From assembly GCF_006345805.1 (NCBI RefSeq), contig NW_021833939.1:1-58319 (forward strand): a stretch of DNA of 58,319 nucleotides. The letters are read 5' to 3'. Position 1 is the stretch's first letter; the number at the start of each line of letters is the position of its first letter. Origin of the DNA: Octopus sinensis (lineage: Eukaryota). Of this stretch, positions 11,816 through 23,655 are shown piece after piece. The notes beneath the pieces are model-generated. The model saw only the letters and a list, made by a program, of their open reading frames with translations, made no database searches and had not been told where the DNA came from. The position numbers and the translations under genes are program-made.

Positions 11816-13769
11816 ACTTCCAATCTAAAAAATCAAAATTTTAAAATATAAAAATAATACTTTTAAATAATTAAAGTATAAATGAAAAAATATAAGTATA
11901 TAATCCATATATAACCTATATATAATCCATATCGAAAATATAGATTAATTACCACGAATTCCCTAAAAAAAAAAAAAAAAAAAACCATGATAAAACAAAA
12001 CTCTTAAAACATATAACGATAAAATCTCCCTTTGCTAAACTCTATAACAAACCTATAAAGTAAACCCCCTAACCTAAACATTCACACACAAATACACACA
12101 CGTAACCACAGACTCACGACTTATACACATACCTATACAAACTTATAAACCTCAATATACAACAAAACCCACTCCCTCCCCACACAGACAAATTAACACA
12201 TACATCCCAAAACCTAAATAACAAACCCATATACACATTCACACAACAAAACACACACACGCACACAAAACACTCACACACAAAATACATATACTCCCTC
12301 ACATATACGCCTATACATACTCACTAAACTCGACATATACAACAATACTTACACACACCCACAAAAACATTATATACATTTATGAGCTTTAACTCACCTT
12401 AGCATCTCTAACAAACAACTTGCAGAAACCCAATCCCATTCTCTATACCTATCTCACTACTACACTATTCCATTCACATTCCGAGCAACGCTAGTCCACC
12501 ACCCGGTTATTCACGTGGCAAAACGAACACCACTCAAAAATTATGAATGAAACAATGTAAAAAAATAACCAACACCTAAAATAGACAAAATACCACAAAT
12601 TACCTAAAAAAAACCATGATAAACCAAAACTCATAAAAGCATATAACGATAAAATCTCCCTTTGCTAAACCCTATAACAAACTTATATAGCAATCCCCCT
12701 AACCTAAACATTCACACACAAAAAACCCACACATAAACCACAGACCCAAAACTTATACACAAACCTATACTAACTTATAAACCTCAATATACACCAAAAA
12801 CCACTCCCTCCCCACACAGACAAATTAACACATACATCCCAAATCCTAAATAACAAACCCAAATACACATTCACACACAAACACACACACACACAAAACA
12901 CACATACACAGATACATATGCTCCCTCACATACGCATATACATACTCACTAAAACTCGATATATACAACAATATTTACACCCACACTCATACAGATAAAT
13001 AAATTAATTATACAATTAAAAACTCACAACCAATCTCATATACATAAACACTCTTATGAAAACAACAATAAATACATCGTAATTAACCAGAATATCAAAA
13101 ATAACATTATGACATAAGGATAAATCAAATACATACTTACAATTCAGTTACAAATTATGAAGTGAAATTAGATTTTTAGCCGTTAAAAAACCAAACAAAA
13201 TTACGTTACCATGGAAATAACTAATGTAAAAAAAGAATACGCGCCATAGAAAGTAAACGTCATTCATAGTATGAATGGAGAAATATAATAAATGGAACTA
13301 AAAACTATTTCCACGTAGCAAACCAACATACTTAAAAAAATTTATTATGAATGGATTCTTTAAAAACTATCATGAAAAATCAATTATATACATTTATGAG
13401 CTTTAGCTCACCCTAGCAACTCTAACAAACAATTTACAGTAACCCATACTCAATGCCTACCTCATTACCACCCTAATCCATTCACAATTCCAAACAACAC
13501 TATACACCACACGGTTACAATTCCCAACTCTACCCATTCACAATTTCAACGACGTTCCCTACAACAACTCTACATATAAGCCTCAACATATACACCGGAG
13601 ATACACTTACACATCCGTGCGGATGGGTGAGAGTATACATTAAGTGTAGTGATGGGGCTCCCATTTCTAAACACATTTGTACCTGTGTGGTAGTCTCCAT
13701 GTGTATATTCACGCACGGGTATAAATATTATTTTTATATTTTAAAATTTTGATTTTTTAGATTGGAAGT

Positions 13770-13812
13770 CCACCTGAAGATTGTCGATCAAGACAAGAAA
13801 CGATTGTAGTGG
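13770..13812 (+). ncRNA. Minimal type I hammerhead ribozyme
   Basis: CCAC-CUGAAGA-UUGUC(GAUCAA)GACAA-GAAA-C(GAUU)G-UA-GUGG: complete core, 5-bp stem II, 4-bp stem I and a GUA cleavage triplet. Confidence 0.85.
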
Positions 13813-14267
13813 CGTTTTTTTTGACTATTTATTAAATTTTATGTATTGATTAAGTCTTTCCTTGTTTGTTTTGCAAAATAGTGGTTTTGTCTCAAATAAT
13901 ATTTTATATATATATATATATTATATATATATATATATATATAATATATATATATAATACTATATATATATATTATATATTATATATATTATATATAAAA
14001 ATATATATATATGTATATGAAATTATACAAAGTATCAACAATAAAATTTATTTAATATAATGTTATCGTTTTTCATAGTTTGTAATTTGTGCTTGTAATG
14101 TACTCAGTTTGATATTTAGTCTGGACATAATATTCTGTACTCTCTAAAAGAGGTGTATATGGGAGTATCCTTATTCATTCAATTAAAACGGTGTCAAATT
14201 CAAAAAAGTAAATATAAGTAAGTTTTTCTCAGTACTACTTATACGCTCCTGGGTGTGTTATCTCGAG

Positions 14268-14274
14268 TATAAAA
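14268..14274 (+). promoter_or_regulatory. Candidate TATA box (TATAAAA) of the sushi gene
   Basis: TATAAAA lies ~93 nt upstream of the ATG at 14367. Position only; no expression data. Confidence 0.45.
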
Positions 14275-14366
14275 GGTGCATTGAACAGTCACTGAAGGCA
14301 ACGAAATAACAAGTGTGAACACAGCGACCTTATCTTCACGAACAAGTTAGAAACAAAATTGAGAGA

Positions 14367-15849
14367 ATGATATCCAGAAAATTTTATTTCCTTTTCTTAA
14401 TTATATTAACAGTGAAGAGTGAAAATAATACATTTGGAAATGTTATGAAAAAGATCGTATCTGAATACAGTAATTCGACTTCAACCGAAAACAACTATGC
14501 TCCGTGGTTTTTTGAACAAATTATAAATATCCTAAACTGTGGTCCTTTATCGACATTAAAGAACAGTCGGATACATTATATTGTGAAATGGGAAGAGGCA
14601 AAAATACATCTGAAACAAAAGTGCAACCGCTATTTTGAAGCAAGCGTAGAGAATACAGCCGATATTATTTGTTCGAATGGTAAATGGATGTATGAAGATA
14701 AAAAATGTAAGTTAATAACTTGCCCGATTTTTCATAAACCTGCACGCAGTTTCATGATAAATGTTGCATACTCATATAACTCTGTTATTCGTTTTTCCTG
14801 CCTGTCTGGTTGTTTTTTACGAGGAAGCAATTCAATACGTTGTCAAGAAAATAAACAGTGGTCGTCTCTCCCACCAATCTGTGAAATTGTTAAATGTCTC
14901 CCACCGAACCCACCCAAACATGGCAATGTAAACAATACAAATGAAGTTAAAGTTAACGAAACAATTCATTTCAGTTGCTTAAAGCCATATAGTCTGAAAG
15001 GTGAATCTGTATTAACTTGTCTTTCAGACGGCAGCTGGAACTTTCCGGCACCTGTTTGTACTTTGAATTGCTTTGTACCTGAAATTGCTGGTAGAGTGGT
15101 GACTATTTCTGAAGGTACAATATTAAAACCAAGAACCTTAATCAACGAAGGAGGAAAAGTCATATATTCTTGCAAACGATCCTTCATTCCTATCGCGTTT
15201 GGTGTCGTTCAATGCTTGTCAAGTAAATGGTATCCAGATATACAGTGCAGAAACGCGTGTAAAATGAGAAACGAAATGGGTTAAATTTTATTTTGTCACG
15301 TAATTTTTCGGTTATTGAATATAGTTGTCCGTTGGAGAAACATTGTTGGGAGATTCAAAAAGAACCTGTTTAGAAAATGGAACATGGAGTGGAAAACTTC
15401 CACAGTGTGCAAAGAACTGTCAATTGTTGCGAAAATTTGGCATATATAGCTACCGAAATTCGGAAACTTTGAAATATCTTCCGTATGGCAGTACAGTTCC
15501 AGAAAATACGAACATTACTTATTCTTGTGAATTCCCAAATTCGAAGAAATTGAACGAGAGCGTAATGTGCCATAAAGGTATACTGACCCCAACACCAGGC
15601 TGTGCATTTAAAAATATTCGACTTGATCGTAACAACAATCTTCTTTACAAGAATATTTCATCAGATTCCCATGTTTCCGGAACAAACATTGATTGCAAAT
15701 TTTTTGGTTACCGCCAGTACACTTGTGACTATAGAAACTGTAATTACCGACATGAGTGTGTCGTTGTGAATTTTAACACTACAACATCGGAAATACCTTT
15801 TAAGGAAACCCATGCAAGTTGTTGTACTTTGAGGTGTAATAATTACTGA
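14367..15849 (+). CDS. Secreted multi-sushi (CCP/SCR) protein: signal peptide + 6 CCP modules + 7-Cys C-terminal tail, ~494 aa if two 1-nt deletions are restored; no introns evident
   Basis: ORF 14367-15284 begins with a hydrophobic signal (MISRKFYFLFLIILTVKS) and has four C..C..C..W..C modules, e.g. CLPPNPPKHG...FSCLKPYSLKGESVLTCLSDGSWNFPAPVC. A third frame over 15263-15328 reads NEKRNGLNFILSRNFSVIEYSC and links to ORF 15325-15849 (SVGETLLGDSKRTCLENGTWSGKLPQC...). Adding one A at ~15261-15264 and one T at ~15328 gives one continuous frame. Many N-x-S/T sequons. Confidence 0.88.
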
Positions 15850-16068
15850 TAATTACTAATATCAAACTACTCTCCCTTTGAAACTGTCCCCTTTAAGCAC
15901 AAATTATTGTTTCTGTGTATATGAGTTAAATTTAAAGAAGCATATTCCACATCTTATCTGCATAGCTATGACGATGTAATTAGAAACATTCCTAAATTTA
16001 TTTCCAAGAACTTTCTTAGGGTGTTTTCTCTCTTGGTATTTGCATAACTAACTGGAAACAATTCTATA

Positions 16069-16074
16069 ATTAAA
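16069..16074 (+). promoter_or_regulatory. Candidate poly(A) signal (ATTAAA) of the sushi gene
   Basis: ATTAAA lies 220 nt after the stop and is conserved in the paralogue (4524-4529). Near-identity between the paralogues ends ~33 nt downstream. Confidence 0.4.
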
Positions 16075-16419
16075 AGAAAGTTCAGTCTTTAAAATTAAAT
16101 GTATTCTGCATAATTTTGTTTTATTAACGTTTCATTTTCCATTGTACACATTTCGTTACACATTCTGTTATCTCGGAAACTTTTTTTTTTTTTGAGGCAT
16201 TCCTGCTGAAACTAGGAACTTACATTGTAAGTAGTTCATTGTATGTTTATGTGTAATAGATACGCAAATTGAGAGTGCTCACTGATAACCTCCATCCACC
16301 GGACTACTCCCACTGCACCACAAACAATACCAATCCTAACGCTGAGGCTAATACTAAATATAACGCCCGGTTAATTTCAGGTAATTATAACCCAAAAACT
16401 CCACTTAGTACCCCCTAGA

Positions 16420-16790
16420 AGACTATGTAACTGTAAACTCCTCTCCCTTGCAAAACAATGCCTCACGAGAAATATGGTACATAAATATATGGCCACTACG
16501 GAAGATTCCAAGAATGCATATATCACCTCGAGCAGCACTACCTTCAAAGCCAGAATTAGTAACCATTATTCTGGCTTTAAATCTCAAGTGTAAACTAATA
16601 CTATATTTATATCTAGTCTCATTCATTACCTAAAACATAATTCAGTTGTATACAGTTTAAAGTGGACTTTTATTACTCACGCCAACAAATGCGATCTCTG
16701 CATCACAGAAGTCTTATCTGTTATGCAATGCAGCAACTGTTTTAATGAACGAAGCTACTTTATTCTTAATTGCCAACACAAATTATGTAA
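16420..16790 (+). mobile_element. PLE GIY-YIG relic (duplicate of 190-560)
   Basis: Near-identical to 190-560. Confidence 0.7.
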
Positions 16791-16826
16791 TACATATGTG
16801 TGTGTGTATATGTATGTATGTACATG

Positions 16827-16868
<42 letters not shown>

Positions 16869-18136
16869 CCCTTCTTCTGGCCCTCATTACACCCCAAACA
16901 AAGCTTTTTAAAATACAAATTTTAAAATACGCTCCCCAATGAAGCCAAGGTTCAATTTGGTTAAATACCTATTTGTGTACATGCGCCGCTCGCTTACTTC
17001 TATCCTATCCTATATGTATATACCACCTTACACAATTACATGAGACACCACAAAATGTGTGATTATTATACTACATAACATGAAGAATTCAGTTGCATAT
17101 AATTGATATTTATTCATAAACCTTCAATCCCTCCTATACACAGAAAATATCTTACACAGCGAAAAGCACCCAGCAACTGGATAACAGACGTCCAGACTGC
17201 ACCCATCCCACTTTCACCATCCCCACAAAAAATCAGCATCTCACCACCGTCTACTTATATATGATCAACCACATCAACCACTATAAAGCGTTGTATTTGA
17301 CTAAGATATCTGTCCCAGAGACACAGCATCTGTCTCATCAAAATTTGCAATATCGTGTGGGAGTATCAGTTAGTTTCGGTTTAGTTGACTTCACAGATCC
17401 TGCTAAACAGGTCCTCGGTGCTATCATATGCATTCACTGACAGTTCTATCGAAAGGCACAAGATCTGTGAAATAAAATATAACAGGGCGAATGGGTGTGT
17501 CCATAATATAGTCAGTATAGGAAGGTCTTGTGGTCTTTCCGGACGCCATACACTGGTGAAATTTCTTTTTTTTAATTCTTTAAAGTGTTTCAGCTTTAAA
17601 GTTGCGGTCATGCTGAGGCACTACCATTTACAAAATTGTTAACGGTCGCACTCTCACATCGAACACATATGAGTATTCACCATCTTTTTCCCTCTCCTCA
17701 TTGTAAAATATAGTCACGACACTCAGATTTCTGACATTTCATTGCATGATACCAATATAGTTTAACAGGCTACCTACAAACTACAAGATTTATTGTATTG
17801 CTGCGTACTAGAAACCGTTTGTGAGAAAGCATGTAGCTTTTCTTTTTTCATACGCTTATTTAAAATCTACTTTAGTCCTACTTCAGTGCCGGTATTGAGA
17901 TTCTAGATCTTTATACGATTAACTTGAAATATATGGATGTATTCATAAAAGGTACAAATATGTTTCGACTTATATTTATTAAATTCCACTTAAATCTCTG
18001 AAACCTAAGTATACAAACCCACAGCCCAGCCTCAAACTAATTGCAATGAAACTAGGGTCAGTGGGCAGGCCACCGTTGGTGAGACGAGAATTTTTGACAA
18101 CGAGAAATAAATGTTCAAATAAAGTTAATATTCATG

Positions 18137-18172
<36 letters not shown>

Positions 18173-18198
18173 ATATTATATATATATATATATATATA

Positions 18199-18425
18199 TC
18201 TGTACTCTTTACTCTTTTACTTGTTTCAGTCATTTGGCTGCGGCCATGCTGGAGCACCGCCTTTAATCGAGCAACTCGACCCCGGGACTTATTCTTTTGT
18301 AAGCCCAGTACTTATTCTATCGGTCTCTTTTGCCGAACCGCTAAGCAACGGGGACATAAACACGCCACCATCGGTTGTCAAGCAATGCTAGGGGCACAAA
18401 CACAGACACGCAAACACACACACGC

Positions 18426-18458
<33 letters not shown>

Positions 18459-18656
18459 ATATATGCGTGTCTGTGTTTGCGTATATATACATATATACGA
18501 CGGGCTTCTCTCAGTTTCCGTCTACCAAATCAACTTACAAGGCTTTGGTCGGCCCGAGGCTATAGTAGAAGACACTTGCCCAAGGTACCGCGCAGTAGGG
18601 CTGAACCCGGAACCATGTGGTTGGTAAACAGGCTACTTACCACACAACCACTCCTA
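18199..18656 (-). mobile_element. tRNA-derived SINE (duplicate of 2112-2564)
   Basis: Near-identical to 2112-2564. Confidence 0.85.
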
Positions 18657-18747
18657 TATCTATTTATATATATATGTATATATATATATATACATATATA
18701 TATATGTATATTTGCATACATGCATGTATATACACATACATACATAT

Positions 18748-18778
<31 letters not shown>

Positions 18779-18788
18779 CATATATATA

Positions 18789-18830
<42 letters not shown>

Positions 18831-20089
18831 TATATATATATATATATATTACTATAAGAAAAAGGAGAAAAATATTGTGGATACTTATTGCATTTGTATC
18901 ACAATAAAAACATAGCAAAATGTTTAATGCAAATAAAATTTTAATGAACAAACATACACATAAATAAGCAGAAAAAGTGCTACACAGTTTCAAGCTGTTC
19001 ACTATGAAAACAATGCTTCGGATCCGCAGGGTTCGAACCATGTTAATAGTTGTAAATGTCAAAAATAACAAAGTGACCAGATATCTTCAGGGTTGTCATG
19101 TGCAAAATGCTAATGCTTACTTATTTTTTCACAGGAATTCCAGTTGGTAAAAAACTTACTAGATAAGATGGATTAGGACCACTTATTCATATATATTAAG
19201 TATCTACGTAATGTAAACATTAGTTTGTTAAAAATAAGTAAGAGGGAACGCCGAGGGAGTAATGGGGAAGGTATTAGCTAATCAAATCTTTCAAAACAGT
19301 TATTAAGGATTTGAAAAATAGACGGTTATGTGTTTTGAGGGACATTATGCAATCATTTAAGAGAATATATAGACGGTTAGGAGTTGTGAGGGACGTTATG
19401 TAATTAGTTTAAGATATTGTGAAGACGTTAAATAAAAAGATTGAATTAAAGAGAAGAGATAAGAGATAGGGAGAGATAAGAAAAAATTTTAAAAAGTAAG
19501 AATACAGAGAGAAATAAATTTATTGGGGAAAAGAATAACAAATTAAAAAATTTAGCTAATTGAAAGAAGTTATAAAAAACAATGAGTGATAAGGGATAAA
19601 GTATATGTGCAGATTTTAATATTTTAAAGTTATGGCTAAGAAAGATTATGCTATATTGTATACTTAGGTAATTCTAAAGTATGAGTTCAATTAAAGGTTC
19701 ACTTGTAAAGAGGCTTATATATTCACTGATTATGACCAATTAATAGTGGAGGATATACAAGCAAAATGAAATTTAAAGATAAGGCTCTATCGTTCGATTA
19801 TGAAGAAACTTTTTCGTTACTTTTAATCTCTATAAAACAAGCACGACATTTAGATTACAGAGGCTACAAACATAGAAATAGACAAACCGAGCCTCAACAG
19901 AAAGGGGGGAAAAGAGGATAAAACAAGAACCATATACAGTGTAATACGCAGAGAAAACAAACATGCACACGCGTGTGATAAAATATAAGAAGCAGAGATA
20001 AATAAGTAAACAAAAAACTATATAAAGGGCACAGATACAAACAATACAGTAAGCAAACCTACATACACAAACAAACACACAGTAACGCC

Positions 20090-20478
20090 ATGTAAATGGC
20101 GGGCTTTTTCGAATTGCATTTCGGTAACAATGTGCTTATTCGGAATAAAAATTCAGTATTGAATATACTCCGGTTAAATTTATAATTTAAAAATAGGATA
20201 AAATCTTCATAAGAATTTATCAAGTAGTTAGCGTGAAAAACCTCATAAGAGAAAAAAATCCACCATTTTTTCACTTAAATATATTTATTTATATTATATA
20301 GAGAGCATTATTTTTTCTCTTATGAGGTTTTTCACGCTAACTACTTGATAAATTCTTATGAAGATTTTATCCTATTTTTAAATTATAAATTTAACCAGAG
20401 TATATTCAATACTGAATTTTTATTCCGAATAAGCACGTCGTTACGGAAATGCAATTCGAAAAAGCCCGCCATTTACAT
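20090..20478. repeat. Long inverted repeat (arms 20090-20269 / 20310-20478, ~40 nt spacer)
   Basis: atgtaaatggcgggc...cataagagaaaaaa versus ttttttctcttatg...gcccgccatttacat. A further partial copy lies at ~20780-20880. Confidence 0.9.
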
Positions 20479-20875
20479 AGATGTATAAGGGATGAACATT
20501 TCTAAATACTACGGTGGATACGATGGTAGTTCGTCTGATATGTTGATTTTGTTCATTCATTATAAATCTTGAATTATGCTTGCACTGACGAGTAAAGAGT
20601 GCAAAGCACTGCACTGATTACGAAATTACAGGTGATATGCAGCTGAATTCTGTTTTAAATGTCTTGCTTCGAGAATTGCATTTGGTAAGATATGTTTATT
20701 TATTTTAGTAGTTTTGACTTTGAGTCCCTCCTAGCGTGTGGCATTTATGCGAAATAATCCCCTCTATATAATATAAATAAATATATTTGAGTGAAAAAAT
20801 TGGTGGATTTTTCTCTTATGAGGTTTCTCACGCTAAATACTTAATAAATTCTTATGAAGATTTTATTCTATATTT

Positions 20876-20917
<42 letters not shown>

Positions 20918-20990
20918 GAAGTGAAGAAAATGCTGACAAAATAATTTAAGTAATTTAAGTAATTTAATTAGGTGAAAGTTCTTTATATAT

Positions 20991-21054
<64 letters not shown>

Positions 21055-21941
21055 CGAATGAGAAGAGGTTACTCTTTTGGAGGGATGTATTTTATCCATG
21101 TTAACACTTATGATGTTCTAGTTGTTGTTAAAGATGTTTTCATCCATTCGATATAGAGCAGAATTTTAATTATATAATATAAAGAAAATAGAGAGCTTGA
21201 ACACAGAAAAAAATCAATTTATTTATATAATAGTCAATTTCATATCACCTACGTACGTTTCAAGTTCTTACTTTCATTCATATTTTGCAAATTAAGATTG
21301 CATTATACAATTAAAAGGCAAAAATCTCATCAGGGAAAGAAATTGACAAATATTCACATCGTAATGGATGGAGAGTTGCTTACAGACTGAGAAAGTAGTA
21401 TGCTTTTTTCTGCTTGTGTTTGTCAGCATGTGTGTCGTTTGGATTCATTTCAAATAATAGCTTGAGTGACCACATTGGACAATGGCTAGTTGTAGGTCGG
21501 AGGAACTAGGTCTTACAACCATTCTCCTTAGATTGGTTTTATAAAGACTGGCTACTACTCTATCTCTACTCGTGAAAAGAATAAAAATAAAATATATAAA
21601 TTAACAAGAATGCAAATCAATACATTTATTTAACTCCTACTTATTCAGTCGTGAGAATTTCAATTTATTTAGATGTATTAGTCGTATTTATTGAGAGTTT
21701 AGGTTGTATATATTAGTTAAATTAATTTCTATATTTAACGGGGGGTATGATTCACTAGGTATCACATATATGAAGTTAGACTATTTCCAAATGGTGAGGG
21801 TATATTTCATTATAAAATTACTTCCTATGTTTATTTTGATTTTTATCATTCAATTTAATACATTCCCAAACTAAGAATAAATCTAACAGAACAGCAGGAA
21901 CACGATAAAATATCCATATTATTGCAGAAAAATTTGCCAGC

Positions 21942-22015
21942 AGCCAGCCGTGAGACACGAACTCACATCCCCGTGATTACTGGCCGTAATGCTTTACCAT
22001 TAAGCTAAACTGTCC
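21942..22015 (-). pseudogene. tRNA-Thr-derived sequence (pseudogene or SINE head); partial second copy at ~22211-22290
   Basis: D arm agcttaatggtaaagc, loop CCAGTAA (AGT; the second copy has CCGGTAA), T-loop gttcg, mismatched acceptor stem. Confidence 0.6.
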
Positions 22016-22330
22016 ACTGACAAATTAATCTGCAATTTTTGAAATTATAAATCTAGCTTTATAAGACGCTAATGTTAAATTTAAATTACGATGGAAGTAA
22101 ACAAAGTTTGCTTTAGGAGCGTGCAGACCTATTGAAAGATACAGAAATAATAAATTCTCAAACGCAGAATGATGCTTACAGAATAGCAGGAACGGAATAA
22201 AATATCCATATTATTGCGGAAAAATTTGCCAGCGGCCAGTCATGAGACTCGAATCCACATCCCTGTGATTACCGGTCATAGTGCTTTAGAAGCGTTTGAG
22301 AATTTATTATATGTGTGTATATGTAACATG

Positions 22331-22629
22331 AAAAATACACACTGTGTACAGGACATCACCAACGAGTGAAAAATACGTAAACACACGAGAGAAAAGTACA
22401 GGACAAAATATCAAAAGAAAATAACTCCTCATCAGTCGGACTGTTTATTACTCCTATTTCGTGCTTTTACGACAATATAGGGAACTTCATAAGACAGCAG
22501 CATCCAGAAATTTTTTAATAAAACTGATGAGGAGCTATCTTCTTTTGGCATTTTGTCCTGTGCTTATCTCTCGAGCGTTTACGTATTTTTTCACTCGTCG
22601 GTGATGTCCTGTACACAATGTGTATTTTT
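22331..22629. repeat. Imperfect inverted repeat (arms 22331-22436 / 22523-22629) abutting a PLE RT
   Basis: aaaaatacac..tgtacaggacatcacc...ctcctcatcagt versus actgatgaggag...ggtgatgtcctgtaca...gtattttt. Confidence 0.8.
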
Positions 22630-22633
22630 CTTT

Positions 22634-23600
22634 TTATTTATTTGTCCTGTATCTCTCCTCTATTTCCTGGTAGAGGTTTTGTTCTAAGTATCCCATCACC
22701 GAGTTCGTGTAAACGGGAGCAAATCTCGTTCCCATGGCCGTGCTTTTAATTTGGATGTAGTTCTTTCCGTTGAAGAAGAAAGTATTGTTTGCCATAATAA
22801 GTCTGACTGAGTCTAATATAAATGTCACTGTGAATCTGTTGGGAATTGCTTCTCTATGTTTATCTACCCAGTATTTAATCGCCTTGTGGGATATTGGTGT
22901 AAAGGCTTACTACATCAAACCTCAGTAGGATTGAGTTTGTTTCAGTTGTTTTGGGAAGATGGGACAGGAAATCGTTATCATCCCGAATGAAGCTGGGTAT
23001 GTAGGTAAATAGTAGTTTCAAAATAATGTCGATGAAATTGCTTTGACGATGGGTAGGGAATGCTGGGCCAACTATAATTGGTCTAAGCTTTAAGTCTTTT
23101 GGATATAGTAATTTTATGCATTCACTTCCTTGTTCTTTTACTGCCTGTTGAATATTTTCTGACTTATGTATTTTTGCCAAGCCGTAAAAGTTGCTGGGTT
23201 TTGGTTCGAAATTGGTAATGTATTCCCTTTCATTGTCAGTGAGTGAGTTGTAGTGTTTTGAAACCAGGTAGTTGATCTTCTTCATGATGTGGTGCTCTAT
23301 ATTAGAGGGTATTTCACAATAGAAGGTTGTATCCTTCAGTTGGTCCTCAACAAAATCCTTGTAGTATTCCACATCCACAATAACAATTGCACCTCCTTTA
23401 TCTGCTTGCTTAATTATTATTGTTTCATCGACTTGTAAGCGTTTAAGTGCAGATATCTCTGATTTGTTAATGTTAGGTCTAACCTTAGTAATGTGTTTTA
23501 GGAGAAAAATTGATAAGATATCAATATATTGGTCAAGGTAGATATTTCTGCCTGTTGGTGGGGTAAAATTTGATTTATTCCTTACTAAGGATTCTTCGGT
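22634..23600 (-). mobile_element. Penelope-like RT fragment
   Basis: ADKGGAIVIVMD...FYGLAKIHK...LRPII...FIRD..DFL...LLRFDVVSLYTNIP...NNTFFFNG..YIQ..TAMGTRFAP, which are PLE RT motifs. Confidence 0.92.
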
Positions 23601-23615
23601 TTCATTACTATTATT

Positions 23616-23655
<40 letters not shown>

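Larger units (their letters stand above)
11592..13908 (+). mobile_element. Penelope-like element relic bounded by ~183 bp inverted pLTR-like repeats
   Basis: 11676-11859 is the reverse complement of 13726-13908. Each arm contains a hammerhead ribozyme. The interior is A/C-rich with internal direct duplications. Confidence 0.75.
16231..20290 (+). repeat. Segmental duplication copy (matches 1-4179)
   Basis: Starts gtagttcattgtatgtttatgtg as position 1 does, and ends cacttaaatatatttattt as 4161-4179 does. Confidence 0.95.

Noticed and set aside
15280-15324. GT...AG 45-nt intron as the explanation for the break in the sushi ORF
   Set aside because: Splicing it joins the wrong frame, and it would delete sequence that encodes the NG...IEYSC part of the CCP consensus. 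Two 1-nt deletions explain the data better.
21942-22015. Functional tRNA-Thr gene
   Set aside because: Acceptor and anticodon stem mismatches, degenerate T-loop, and embedded in a repeated unit.
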